A stretch of 64,000 nt of DNA, from NCBI GenBank assembly GCA_964234715.1, contig OZ174287.1; one strand, written 5' to 3'. Below the pieces are notes generated by a model, which saw only the letters and a list, made by a program, of their open reading frames with translations, had not been told where the DNA came from and did no database searches. The stretch comes from Podarcis melisellensis (taxonomy: Eukaryota). Below, piece after piece: positions 22,547 through 35,373 of the stretch; position 1 is the stretch's first letter, and every line of letters starts with the position of its first letter. The translations under genes and the position numbers were made by a program.

Positions 22547-23675
22547 GAGGCATGGGTGGCATCTCTTGTTCTGCTGCTCGAGGTGAAAGAGTAAGTTTTG
22601 CCATGCTGCTGCTACTGCTACCATGCACCCTTGATTTTGGGCAAGATTGTGTTGATTTCAGGCGAAATCTTACCTCAAATGGACAGGTTTTGTTCGAAAT
22701 CTGTGCCAATGGCAATGGCACTTCTCTGCTGCTGGCAGAGGGCCAGATGGGACATGCATGTGAGGTAGCAGCACCACCCTGCCTTATGGCTGAGCTGCCT
22801 CTGCTGAGGCAATTGTTATCAAGCAGCAGGTAAGCATCTTTGCGGTCAAGATCCACTCTACAGAAGGGGGTATAACCCTGTAAATTGTATTATTGTGAAC
22901 AGCAGGAACACAGCTAAGATGGTGAACTAGCCTTGAATAACCTGGGCTGGCTACCTACAGAAGGGATTTAAGAGGAAGGATACTATACTCATACTGCATT
23001 AAGCTATTTTGAGGCAACAGTAGGAACTATGGTGTCCTTTCCCCATTTATTCAGGCAAGGTACATCTGGTAGACTAGAGCATAAATACACTGGGGTACTG
23101 GGAGCTACAACTTCCATGTGAATGAGAACACCAAACTTGGACAACAGGGACACACAATAGGGAAGTGGCTTGGATGACATGCCGTTTTTCCTCCCTTAGG
23201 TAACAAAATGAAGCAAGACTTTTGAATGCAGATAAACGTGTTCTGACCATTAGTCATGACCAAGACCTTTTGAGAAGAAAGTCACTCAACTGTGCACTTT
23301 TAGTTGTACTGATTTCAATGGATGTTTGTCATGACTAAATGGCAAGGACTGCAGGCCACTGTCCCTCTACTGTACCATGTAAGGAGGAAATCTGCAAACA
23401 TTGCAGCTGACTAGCTTAGAAAGGCTGTAGGCTCCTATGTTCCTCTAACAACCTCCTCCTCTCTCCCGTCCCAACACTTTGTATGGTAGCTTTTGCAAGT
23501 CAGCAAAACTAAACACATCACACACGCCTTGCCTGTTACTTTCTGGGGGGCAGATGAAAACAAGCTAGAGATTAATCTCCCTTTGCATGTGTTCTGTTCC
23601 TGTGTTTTGTTCCTAGAGACTGCCCCCCTGTTCAATTTTAGACACCAACACAGATTTTTGTTTTCAAAAATTTGC

Positions 23676-23681
23676 TTTAAT
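23676..23681 (-). terminator. Candidate LENG8 polyadenylation signal ATTAAA
   Basis: First AATAAA/ATTAAA on the minus strand after the stop codon, followed by GU-rich ctgtgttggtgtc. Confidence 0.5.
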
Positions 23682-25265
23682 CAGTTGGAAAAAGATTCAG
23701 AGGTTTCTGTAAAGGAAAAAGGAATCTTTGAAAAATCCAGCCCAAGCCAAAACATCCCAAAATTACACATGTTCAAAAATAAAAAGAGAAAGAAAAGAGG
23801 AATTAGAGCAAAGGAGAAAGGGTGGGGAAGGGATTATGAGAAGGCTAGAGACTAAGGGTGGAAAAGAAGGGAGAGAGAGAGAGAGAAATGGGGAAGGGAG
23901 AAAGACAATTGGACAATCTTTCAAAACTTTAAACAAAATTGAAACAATGTGAAGGAAGAAAAGTGGAAATGGGGTGGTGCATTTTCTGAGTTTACCTGTA
24001 AAGAACTGAGGACAGAGGGAGAAAAATAAATAAATCAATTAAAAAAAAAACTGAGCATGACAACTCCAGAACACAATAGAAAAGGAAGAGATTGCAAGGA
24101 TCATCTTGTGTGTTGATTCAATTCCTCTGTGGTTCCTTCTTACTGCCTTGATTTGATTCTCTTTACATCGCCACATCCACAATCAGGTGCAATTTACAAA
24201 GAAGTCTTTTGCATTCTCTCTGCACAGGAAAAAGTCACTGAAACTGGTAGGAAACACGACAAGGCAGGCTTTGCTTTGCTCTTCCCCCTCAGGGCTGGTT
24301 TTTTGATCGGCTGGAGAGGTGGCATCTCTCTTTCTCCCTCTCATGCTCTTTTGGAGCCAGGCCGTAGCTCGGAAGAGGAAAAAACTGAGACAGCGTTAGT
24401 TTTTGAGGAGCACAATGGAGAACACAAAATGCGCACACAAAACAACCTGGATTTTTCATCTTCAGAGAAAACCATCTGTTAAACTCATCATTATAAAAGT
24501 AGAAAAGCACAGATTTTTTTTTCCTCTTAGAAAACAAAGAGTTTTCCTAGCATTATTTACAACTTGTAGCTTCTGTACAAAATCATCATTCCACATATTT
24601 ACACAAGGGAACCGTTAGTTCTCATGTACCGCTGACTTCTCAAGTGTTTTCCCAGGTGGAATCTAGATGAAATTACGCCTCTGTAAAGATACTTGTGTGG
24701 TTTTAGAAAAATCTGGACAAAGGGATCCCCTGTAGCTTAGGGAGAAATCATTCTAGCTTCCTGAACACTCTTGTGAGGGTGAAGGGATGGCAACACAAGG
24801 AGACAGCAGTTAATTCCGCATCTCCCAGTGATTCACTTAGAGATCCCTGTTTCTTTCCCCAACCCTTTTATCTCACCCATTTCTGACCAATGAGTGATGG
24901 GTGGGGTCTTGCAGCTATGGTCTCTCATGCATCTTGACACGAGGGGAAGAAAAAAACAGATGATCATAAACTGATGCTCACGTATTCCCCAGCACCTCCC
25001 TACCCCACTGCTGGCAAAAAACACAATCGTTAGACTGAACTCTCTGCTCTTCTCCGTTCCTGGTGGTCTCTGACGCCATCCGATGTCCTTGGATCTTACC
25101 CCTCTTCTCTCCGTGTGCGGCGTGGACAGCGGGAGAGGCGCAGCACAGCTAGGTTCCGGCATGCCCACAGCAGCCAACTGAATCTGGTTTTATATATGTA
25201 TAAATATATATACATATGTACATAGGTTAAAAACGGGGCAGGGCGGGGAAGTGGGCCTTATACTT

Positions 25266-25428
25266 TCAGAAATTGGCCAGGACCGCCAAGCTCTGCTTGC
25301 AGTCAATCTTGGTGGCGTCGGGACTAGTATACACAAGGGACAGAGCTGCGAGGAAGGCTTGGCACTCCTCCTCGCTCTCGAAGGCCAGCTCTGACACAAC
25401 GTAGGAGACTGGAAGCACCGGGCGGAAA
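25266..25428 (-). CDS. LENG8: LENG8 last coding exon (FRPVLPVSYVVSELAFE...IDCKQSLAVLANF*)
   Basis: Acceptor ctcag|, phase 2, TGA at 25268-25266; matches the recalled human C-terminus. Confidence 0.92.
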
Positions 25429-26431
25429 CTGAGGGAGATAAAAAGAGACACTGGTGAATGGGAAAAGGCAGCAGATGAAATCCAGGCTAAGACGACAAGC
25501 AGAATCCTGCCCCTAAGTATGCAATTAGTTACCGTTAGCTACCCTGGCAACGTGAAGAAACTGCACTTGAGAGCGTTTCGTATTTAAGCTCCTAGCCCTC
25601 ATGGTTGTTTTTAAGGAGACTTTGAAAAGGGGTCCATGTGGGATGGGCTTTCAATGTGCTGCTTAATTTGTGAAGAGGATCCAAAGTTCAGCTGGCATGA
25701 AGCTGAGTGTGTGTACAGAATTATGCAGATATGGGGCTGGTTGCAATAACAGGCATTCTATCCTTGCTCAGAAGCACATTCAGGAGGCCTGCAGGTTATA
25801 CTAAGTCCTAAGCTATGAACGACAAACAAAAACTAAACCTACCCCTACATCCCAATGCAATGGTAATAAACATACAAAGAGGCAACTAGCTACACACAAG
25901 GCAGGGAGGAAAGAGTCGTCCAGACTGTACTGGCAAATAAATAGCAAGTTAGTGATGAAGCGCCCACAAATCCTGAAAATGTAAAATAGTCAGGACTGGC
26001 ATTGGGCAGGTACTGGCTCCCCTCCAAGTGGAAGGAAAAGCTTAGAAAAATGTACACAGCTGTGCCTGTGGAGCAAGTGGGAGAAGAAACCCACTTCAGG
26101 GAACTCTCCTACGTCCAAGTAGAATTGACTTTACATTGTACCAATTGTTAAAAGGGTGACACCGCAGAAAGAGATCTTGGGAAACGGGGCAGGAAAGAGT
26201 ATGCTATGACAAAACATGCTAACTTGCTGTTCTAAGGAATCCTATTAGTCGTTCACAACCTTGCACATAATTAAAATTTGCTCCTTCAACTCCCTAAATA
26301 TAGATATATATATTAGGACAAAGCAACTGCTCTACCCTCAAGTGCTGCACTGCATTTTTGCCCTCTTAGCATCTTTTACTAGGCACGGCCACCTTGTAAG
26401 TCCTCAATCTATTTTTGCTTCCTATCTTTTG

Positions 26432-26779
26432 GGTAAAGGTAAAGGTACCCCTGACAGTTAGATCCAGTTGTGGACGATTCTGGGGTTGTGGCACTCATCT
26501 CGCTCTATAGGAGCAGGCGTTTGTCCGCAGACAACTTCCGGGTCATGTGGCCAGCATGACTAAGCCGCTTCTGGCAAACCAGAGCAGCGCACGGAAACAC
26601 TGTTTAACTTCTTGCTGCAGCGGTACCCATTTATCTACTTGCACTTTGACGTGCTTTTGAACTGCTAGGTTGGCAGGAGCAGGGACTGAACAACGGGAGC
26701 TCACCCCGTCACGGGGATTCGAACCGCCGACCTTCTGATTGGCAAACCCTAGGCTCAGTGGTTTAAACCACAGCACCAC
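26432..26779 (-). mobile_element. Sauria SINE in LENG8 last intron
   Basis: GGTAAAGGTAAAGG tail and family similarity. Confidence 0.88.
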
Positions 26780-27745
26780 TTCTGGACTAATGGGCCGTTA
26801 CCACTGTCACTAATTACCACAGTGCTTTGTAAGCTTTTGGACCTGACAACCATTTTATTAAATCCCTGTAGACAGAGACCCCCCCCCCCGGCACTTTAAA
26901 GGCTTCTGGCATAAACTGAAGGAGCATGCAAAGCATATGTGAGCACAGATACCACCCATCTATGCAAGCCCCTTTTTCAGTGCAATGCACACTCGGATTT
27001 CCTTTCTTACTAGGATGTAACAAGGCTGCACCCCACTCAAAGCAGCAGAGTGTAGATAGATGGCATCCATGCTCAGATGCACATCCAAGGGAGGCCCAGA
27101 GTTTCCAGTTCCAACAATTGATAGCTATGCAAGCGGCTGCCTTCTTGTGCAGCTCTCTTTATCTGAACCAGGGCAGGCACTGTGCCATGGGACAGTCCTA
27201 TTCCTTACCCTGCCTCCATCCCTCTTCAGGTATGGGATGCAGCAGCAGCAACAAAATAAAATCTCACAGGTTTGCTCCTGTAATTAGTATTTCTTTCCCA
27301 TACACCAATTTTGTTTTTTGTCTGGGGCAATGGCTCTTTATTGCTTCTTGCGCCCAAATAAAATCTCAATGCTGTATTTCCGGAATCAAGTAAAAATAAG
27401 ATGAGCACTTCAGCTGTTAAGTTTACTTAGATTTCTTAAGTGAATCCAAACAGCCCTAGTGGGTCCTCAACCTGGTCTGTGTTTCACAGCCAAACTGCTA
27501 TTTAAAACCCAAGGGATCAATGGTGGCTTAAGCCATCTTCCTACTTACCTGTGAAAGACATGGCCCTCTAAGCTACAGTCGCAGAAACACAACCCTCTTT
27601 TACCCACCTCTAGCTACAAGGGACTTAAATCTCCCTCTTTGCTCCTCAAAGGAGTTGGGGCAGAGGGGAGAGGCAGGAGAAGGGTGCAAGTGTGAGTCAT
27701 CTCCCCAGCCCTGACCCCAGGAGTGTCTGGTCTGACTTCACATAC

Positions 27746-27953
27746 GTTTTGATCATGGCTTTGAGGGCCGTTTTCCTCTCTCGCTCAGCAAACTTGTCAA
27801 TGAGGTAGCCGGACATGCAGGGTGCCTGGCGGTACAGGCAGAAGAAGCGGTGGTAATTGGACAGGGCCCAGGCAGCCCGCAAGGCGAGCGCATGTGCCAC
27901 ACAGGGGTCTGCTTTCATCTCTTTCGTCAAATACGCCAGCTCTGTAGTGATGT
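27746..27953 (-). CDS. LENG8: LENG8 exon ([23 protein letters not shown]...[14 protein letters not shown])
   Basis: 208 nt, cag| acceptor, AC|GTATGT donor; PCI domain. Confidence 0.95.
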
Positions 27954-28640
27954 CTGGAGGGGAGAAAACGGAGTCATCAAGACTCATTCTCATGCTATAA
28001 CCTTCCTCATTTTCTTGCTCTCAAATGCCCATTATCTTTGGCTTAAATATACAGGCCTATTCTTTATGCCTACATTTAAGCTTGCTTGGCTTGGCACAGT
28101 CTATTAACACAGTTGGTCAAGAATTTAAGCTCTTCTTTCCCTATAGTCTGGAGCCTTTATCTGCTTTACAGTCTTTTGAAAGCAGGTTTAGCAATATGCT
28201 TGACATCCTTCTAGGACTGGCATTGATTGAAAGAACACTAGCCTTTGCAGGGGCAGGCTGTGGGAAAGAGAGGCGCAGGGGCTGGGAATTCTTTATGGGT
28301 CTCACACTACAGTCCAATGTGTAGTGACTGCATCTTCCGCCTACAGGCACGGTGGCTACAAGGACACATTCACGGGCAAAATGCCACAAAAAAGGGATCC
28401 CCGAGTGCCAGAGGAACTCGGCAGACTAGCCTTGAACTACCAGAGACTCCTGCACCCCTTCCCTTCAAGAAAAATTTGCTATACAGCAAATCACAGGAAT
28501 TGGTTTTCTAATTGCAATTTACATATAATATGGGCAGCCTTACCACAAAACTGCTGCAGGGTCAATTCAGATTAAGCTATGATCATACAGGTCTTCCTCT
28601 CCACCCATGCACCCCTCCCCTCCCCAGCCCCAGCACTCAC

Positions 28641-28770
28641 CCCCTGAGTTTTTTGTGAAAATGTAATAGAGGATGCGGTAAGCAGTGAATTCTCCAACAT
28701 TCCCAGGGAGGTTCTCCGCATAGAGTGACTTCAGCTGTGTCTGGCACTGGTTGAACTCCTCATGGTCACC
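28641..28770 (-). CDS. LENG8: LENG8 exon ([43 protein letters not shown])
   Basis: 130 nt, tag| acceptor, G|GTGAGT donor. Confidence 0.95.
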
Positions 28771-29936
28771 CTAGAGAAGATACTCCCATTATTATGGAAC
28801 TGTTTCAAGTTGCCACACACCCCTCCCGCTCCTAGAGCCAGATACAAACTTGGCAGTCGTGTGCTCCCTTCACCAAGCCAGAAAGGCTCTGTGCCTTCCC
28901 TGAATTAGCACCGCCCTCCTCCAGTGTAATGTGTGAATGGACCCTTAATCCTCACAGGTTCTCATCTGGCTAGTGTAAGAGAAACTCTTTGTGCCACAAG
29001 GACTACCTGCGTTGGGAACTCTGACACACCTGTGCCTCCCTCCCTCAAGTTCTGCATGCAGCAAGTTCTAGATGTAATTCAGTTTACTAATATTTTATGA
29101 AACAAACTGGAAAACAATCAGTATGTGATAGGTGAAGGAGATAGGAAAAAGGCAGAGGATAGACCAGGGGTTATAATGTTTTGGGGATCTTGGGCACACC
29201 TTCAAACTGGAGACTGCCATGGGCACCCCACCTGCGCCACATTTCTCCTCTCCCCAGCTGTAAACCCCCAACTGCCCCCTGACCCACAATTCTATGTGAA
29301 AAAGGCTTCTATTGGCTCACTAAGGCTTCTTTCAAACCTGATTTTGGGGCGAGGGAGCAGAGGATAGGACCCTGTGGGGACCAGAGAAGGTATCTGAGGA
29401 TACATGTGTAATCATGAGCACTAAGCTGGCAACACATTAACTAGGAGAACAAGGCACCTATGTCCTTCCCCAAGGCATCTTCTTGTTTTTAAATAGGTGC
29501 AAGAAACTACAGGCAGATTTATAAAGTTCTCCAAGGTTACAAAGTGACGTACACGTTTTTTTTTTCCTTACTAAAATGCAAAAGGAAAAGCAGGGATTCT
29601 CCAGTTTGAGAATACCTTGGTGCATCTGACAAAGGGCGGCAGCCACTATAGCTCTTCTCTACTGAGAAGGGCAAGCAACACATTTCCTGGGACATGGTCT
29701 GAAGAAATGCCATGAAGCAATCTTGTTGAAGCTAATTAGTTCTGGGTCGGGTGATTGCTTCAACCTAAAGGTTATGTACATGGTTCTCCCCCCTTTTCTC
29801 CTCATAGCAACCCTGTGAGGTAGGCTAAGCTACAAGATGGTGGTTGGCCCAAGATGATCCAGTGAGCTTCATGACCGAGGAAGGATCTGAACCTGGATCT
29901 CCCCCGCTCTAGCTGTGACATCCCATTGGCTCTTAC

Positions 29937-30005
29937 CTTCTCCAGTGCTATCCTGGCATGGGTTTCATAGACCTCCACAGTGAATTCTGTACGAATTCCC
30001 TGAAC
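29937..30005 (-). CDS. LENG8: LENG8 exon ([23 protein letters not shown])
   Basis: 69 nt, tag| acceptor, AAG|GTAAGA donor. Confidence 0.95.
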
Positions 30006-30744
30006 CTAAGCAGGGCAAGAGAGAGGGTTAGCAAGCAGTTATAGGTCAGTAAATATTTACATATTCATCAATGGCTGAATTCCTTTCTGTTTTCCCCAGT
30101 GAAAGGAAGGTTTGGAATATACGTGGATAAATGAAGTGCAGGCTGCTTCTGAAGCTATCAAATTTAGGAGACACGTTGCAGCCTCCTGCAATGGGTGGAG
30201 AGACTTTGTTGGCCATACATAAAATGCTCTCTTAACACCGCCCCTTGGCAAATAGAAGTTTATACAAGGCATTGATGCCAACCTGAACATCCCTTCCATG
30301 TTCTTGCTTGATTTATGGATACGGGCAGTAACCAAATCAGAAGCATAAAAGTGTTCCGATACCTCAAATGAAGCAAGCTAGCTCGAAAGCCCAGTTATTT
30401 TAAAACAACTCGAAAGATAATATAGATCATCTGTGCCACAAGCAGCAGAAGACCAAGGTGTACCAAACCCTACATTAAAAATAGCCTTTAAATCTGCTGC
30501 ATCGTATGAAACTTGCATTTTAAAAAACTTTTCTAAAAGCTTTTATCTTGTGTTACAGTACCTCCTGCTGACAACTCTAATACGGCTCCCCCAAATAATT
30601 TATCTCCTTCGCTCCCTGCCCCCAAAAGTAACCAACAACCCAAGTTAGAACTTGGAAAGCTACAAAAACTACATTTATTTTTTAAAAAAGCTGGACCTTT
30701 TTGGACTAGCTTTACTGTACTGTTGATGCCACCTGCTCAGAGCT

Positions 30745-30944
30745 NNNNNNNNNNNNNNNNNNNNNNNNNNNNNNNNNNNNNNNNNNNNNNNNNNNNNNNN
30801 NNNNNNNNNNNNNNNNNNNNNNNNNNNNNNNNNNNNNNNNNNNNNNNNNNNNNNNNNNNNNNNNNNNNNNNNNNNNNNNNNNNNNNNNNNNNNNNNNNNN
30901 NNNNNNNNNNNNNNNNNNNNNNNNNNNNNNNNNNNNNNNNNNNN
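30745..30944. other. Assembly gap (200 N)
   Basis: Run of N; a round length suggests a placeholder. Confidence 0.99.
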
Positions 30945-31164
30945 ATGGGACTGATAAGTGCTCTGGATGCAATCAAGTATTTACCCACATGCGCCTTTCA
31001 AGAAAAATCTGCCATGAAAAACCATGGCCCCCAACATGCCTCTCTCCAAACGCCCTGGATCTCACTCAGAATAGCAAGGACAGCAAAACTAGCAACTAAG
31101 ATCAGTGCTCCCAAGTCTGAAATCAGAAATCCTATGTAACATGCCTGGCCTTGCAGCTACTTAC

Positions 31165-31350
31165 CCTGGAAGTGGCTCTCTGCTCCAGTCAATGGTATAG
31201 GCAGTGCCATCTTGCAGCCTGGCTTGTAGAACTTCCTTGAGCAGCTTCTCAGTGCGGTCCTTGTCCTCTTCCGACTCGCAGGCAGTGAAGCAGCGTTGGA
31301 CGTACTCCTTCATGTCTGGTGGCCAGTCTTCTGGCTTCCCCGTTGAAGAA
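31165..31350 (-). CDS. LENG8: LENG8 exon ([62 protein letters not shown])
   Basis: 186 nt, gcag| acceptor, GG|GTAAGT donor. Confidence 0.95.
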
Positions 31351-32807
31351 CTGCAAGGAAATTTTTTTTTATATTTCAAGGCTCCAGTAACATATTCTCA
31401 GTCATGCTAAGCCCTTTATTAGGCCTTCAGTACACTTTGAAGGCTTTTGCCATGTTTAAGTAGGAAGCAGAGAAAAAGCAAACGTTTTGGGAAAACACCA
31501 TCTTATTTATTATATACCTTCAGACTACGTCTAACTGTGTTAGGCTGGCAAACATAGCAGCAAACAGCATTCAGAAACAGAAAGAAACCCCTCACCAAGA
31601 GTCATGCCACTCTTCAGGGTATGGCCTCTCTGAAGCGTTACCAACACGGTCCAAAGTTTTTATGAAAGAGACTAATCTATATTGCATAGTAATTTCTTCT
31701 GAGCCAACCTCGTTTTGAAATTCACTGAACTTAGCTCTTTCAACACTAGCTCACTAACAGTTTGAAGGCCACATCTTCCTATAAATGCATCAGCTGGAGA
31801 TGGACCAACCTCCAGAAAGAAATGAATGTTTTAGAGGCTTCAGCAATGAAACACAAAAAGCCTTTAAGCAATCTTCTCATTTAGTACTGAAAGGTGCTAG
31901 CTAGCTGCAAAGAACACCTGGCTACAGAGCATGCCTGGAGTGCTTCTCAATGAGGAAGGAGGGAGTGGCAGCTAGAACTTAGTTGGGGCTCTCAAGGAAG
32001 GACAGAAGTAGGCTCAATGAGGGGCAGGGCGTGGGGAGAAAGTACAGCAAGCCAGAATGAGAGGCCTAGTGGGCTGCATTCAGGCTGCGGACCAGAGATT
32101 CCCATCTTTGCATGTACACCTCTGTGCTGTGAGAACTTTAGGGATTTGAGAGTGAGACACTATAGTAAAAGTCCAAGAGCAGCGATGGCCAAGCAAAAGG
32201 CAGCACTGCTCCCAGGCTTCCCTCCTAGCATAATGGCATCCTAGTTGGTGAAATGGGGACCAGATATGACCATGATGTGGAAATCACTGGTATATTTAAT
32301 AATCTGGGCTGGATTGAAGTGAACAGATACAAAGTAAGTAAGGTGCTTCATTTCTACAGGCTGAACATCAGCTGCTGTTCTGAATCAGAAACCTTGGCTT
32401 ACAAGAAACTCAGCAGTGCACAATCTTAATTATAGTGGCAGCAAGAATTTTTGCTCCCAGAAACCCTACACTGAAACCAAGCAACCAGGTGCTTCCCAGC
32501 CTCTTCCTAGAACTAGAAGGCTAGAAACGTGTTAGCCACCGTGAGCCCGGCCTTGGCTGGGGAGGGCGGGGTATAAATAAAAATTATTATTATTATTAAA
32601 CGTACAAAAATGAAAATGAAGTATTCCCAGGAATATGGAACAATCACTGACACTAACCCCCCCCCCCCGAAAGCAGAGCCACAGGCAAGGGGATTTCTGC
32701 AACCTAGAGATTTGCTTGCCACCATCCCAGTTTCCTTCCCCTTACTAGAAGTCTGAGAGCCTACCACCCAAACATAAATAATGAAAAACTGAGGAACTTA
32801 TGCACAC

Positions 32808-32961
32808 CTGTGATTGTGGCGTTTCTCAGAATTCTGCTGGGAACCAAAGTTGCTGTGTTGTTGTTGTTGCTGCTGTTGCTCTGAGGAGTTGAAGTTCTGA
32901 TTTGTTACCACAAAGGGGCGTTTTGGTAAGTTGAATTTCAGACCACCAGACCCAGGTGCTT
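32808..32961 (-). CDS. LENG8: LENG8 exon ([25 protein letters not shown]...EKRHNHS)
   Basis: 154 nt, acag| acceptor, AG|GTGTGC donor; phases fit both neighbours. Confidence 0.88.
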
Positions 32962-34180
32962 CTGTTGGGAAAGAGGGGTTTTGTGGTGATTCTTTTTTGG
33001 AATTTGGCCTTCAGCCTCCTCCAGGCACAGACTTAAAATGCCATAAGGGAGACTCTTATTATAGTTACTGTGGCCACAGACAGTAAGTGGTACCATTCGT
33101 CTCTGTAAAACTAGAAAGAAACAGCAGTTCCTTTGAGTGAAAGCCCAGCAATAAAGGAGTATTTTAACTATTTGGAAATGCAGTAAGCACTCCCAACTAG
33201 TCAGGACTGGGTGCCAGGTCTTTTATAAGAAAAAAGAAATCTCCTTCCCATTGAAATCAGTGAGACAAGAGTAAAGACACAGCTAACTTATTGCATCAAG
33301 CACCTAAGTGCAACTATCTCAATGTTGATCCAGTGAGCTTTTTGGGTTACTGGGAAGCGCTTCAACTTGCCCAAGGGGGTTCCCTATCTTGCTGATTCTC
33401 CCCTCTAAGCTCTCTCATGTCACTAACCATGCGGGTCTAGAAGGCTCCCAACTCTAAAGAGCAGCTTTTTGGAGGATTCAATGGGCTGCAGTAGGAAATC
33501 CACACTGCACGTGAACCAGTGTGCTGTAGTGGTTAAAAAAGTGTTGGAATAAGACAGGAGACCGCCTAGATTCAAATCCCTATGAAGACCACTGTGTGAC
33601 CTTGGGCCAGTCACCGTCTTTCAGCCTAACCTAACTCACAGGATTGCTTTGAGGGGGAAAAACAGGAAGAGGGAGAACCATTTTCATCACTCTCAGCTCC
33701 TTGGAGGAAAGGTGGTATGTAATGATATGCATGCACGCAGAAAAGAAGCTGTTTGTGTTTCTCAAGAGTCCAAGCCCATATATTAAAACTTTACTAAAAT
33801 GATATCAACAGTTCACAATTCTTGGCTGGATTCAGTGGCTTCTAGTACCATTTCAAGCAATTGACAAGGCTTGACTTTCTTAGCTTTTGTTAGGCTTTTC
33901 CATAAGGGGCCCCCACCACCCAGCAAAGAGGAGAAGGTCAGCACCCGCATGTCTGCAGCATCCTCTCTTCCCTCAACCTATGATGTGAGTCTGGTGATAC
34001 GTGTTTTTCCCTCCTCTAGCGCAGGGGTTGCCAAGAACACTCTAAAAGATGTGGACCAGAACTTCTGTCAGCCCCACTTAGTGGAGCCAGGGGTCTGGGA
34101 TGGTGGAAGCAGCCTTCCAAAGCATCTGCAGGGCACCATGTTTGCTGCTGCTGCTACTGCCCTGGCCCTTAGAAACTCAC

Positions 34181-34463
34181 GTTTCATGCGGTTCCACAGC
34201 TGGTGTCCTTTCTTGGGCTTGGCGGCATCCTGGTAGGAATGCTGCTGCTGGTTGTACTGGTTTGAAGACTGGTTTTGCTGGCAGTGTGGCCCTCCAGGAG
34301 GCCCCCCCTGTTGCTGCTGCCCCCCAGAGCCCATGGGATGGTTGCTATGTTGTGAAGGATGGCTGGGATGTTGCATAGGGGACTGCGGGGGATTGGGGAC
34401 TTGCATCTGTTGCTGTTGGCCTGGGTAGGACATCCCTCCATCTTCCATACCTGGGACTGGAGG
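34181..34463 (-). CDS. LENG8: LENG8 exon (PPVPGMEDGGMSY...AAKPKKGHQLWNRMK)
   Basis: 283 nt, cag| acceptor, C|GTGAGT donor. Confidence 0.92.
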
Positions 34464-35259
34464 CTGAGAGAAAAAGGAAGGTGATTGGCACCATCACCAT
34501 CTCTGGAAGCCACACTCATGGACAGTAAACATTAAGTGTGCAAGGCCTCAAATCAGGCAGGAGTCAAATACACCATGGCTTCACACTTCTGCCTGAAAAC
34601 CTAGAACCCCGGCCTCCCTTTTTCCATCCCCTCTCAGAACTGGGAAGGAAAGTCAGAATCTGTTTTGATCCCCTGGCTGCGCAGATATGTTTCTATGTGC
34701 TGTATTTCTTTTGCATCACACTCCAGTCATTAACTACCATCACCGCAAACTTCTGAAGCAAGAATTTGAAACACCAAAAAACCCAAGTCATACAGACAAA
34801 CTGCACAGCACAATACAGAGCTGGCCTTGCCCACATCCATGGTAGCATCACACCCAAAAGAATTTGGCTGAGTCAGACAAGTTTGGCTAGACATATGGGA
34901 AGGCAAAGAATTAAAGCTCATTTCCTCCTGCTGCCTTTAATACAGGCAACACCCTCTTTTCCAGAGAAGCTGTTTACTATTGGCAGCGAAAGAACAGATC
35001 ATCCAACAGCCTTTCTGTAATCCACCAAGCCCTCGTCAGCTAAAATAGCTCTTTACATTAAGAGATAAGACAGTATTTGGATAAATTATTTAGAAATTAA
35101 ATTTTTATCTGTCCTTTCTAGTGTTGCCTGGCTTATAAAAAAATGCAAGTTTTTCTGGCAAGATTTTGTAAATTTTGTTTAATAAAATGTTCTGTAAAAT
35201 CAATTTTTGACATCTAATTGCAAGTGTAAAAAATTAAATAGAGTTTAGGTATCCATTAC

Positions 35260-35373
35260 CTGGTTCATGTTTCCCTGATGCTGTCCAGGAACTGGTGGTT
35301 GCTGGGATGCTGTGGAAGAGTAAGAACCTGGAACACCGTATTGTCCAGGAGAGCCATACCCAGGGTAGACATT
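35260..35373 (-). CDS. LENG8: LENG8 exon (NVYPGYGSPGQYGVPGSYSS...HQGNMNQ)
   Basis: 114 nt, cag| acceptor, CAG|GTAATG donor. Confidence 0.9.

Noticed and set aside
22552-22833. 93-aa ORF directly after the LENG9 stop
   Set aside because: Different frame from LENG9, no recognisable homology, and within the expected 3'UTR.
24462-24589. Box C/D-like pattern (ATGATGA...ATGATGA...CTGA) on the minus strand
   Set aside because: It lies in a 3'UTR rather than an intron, with no clear terminal stem or recognisable guide; it would need snoscan/Infernal support.
30712-31139. ORFs containing X runs
   Set aside because: Artefacts of the N gap.
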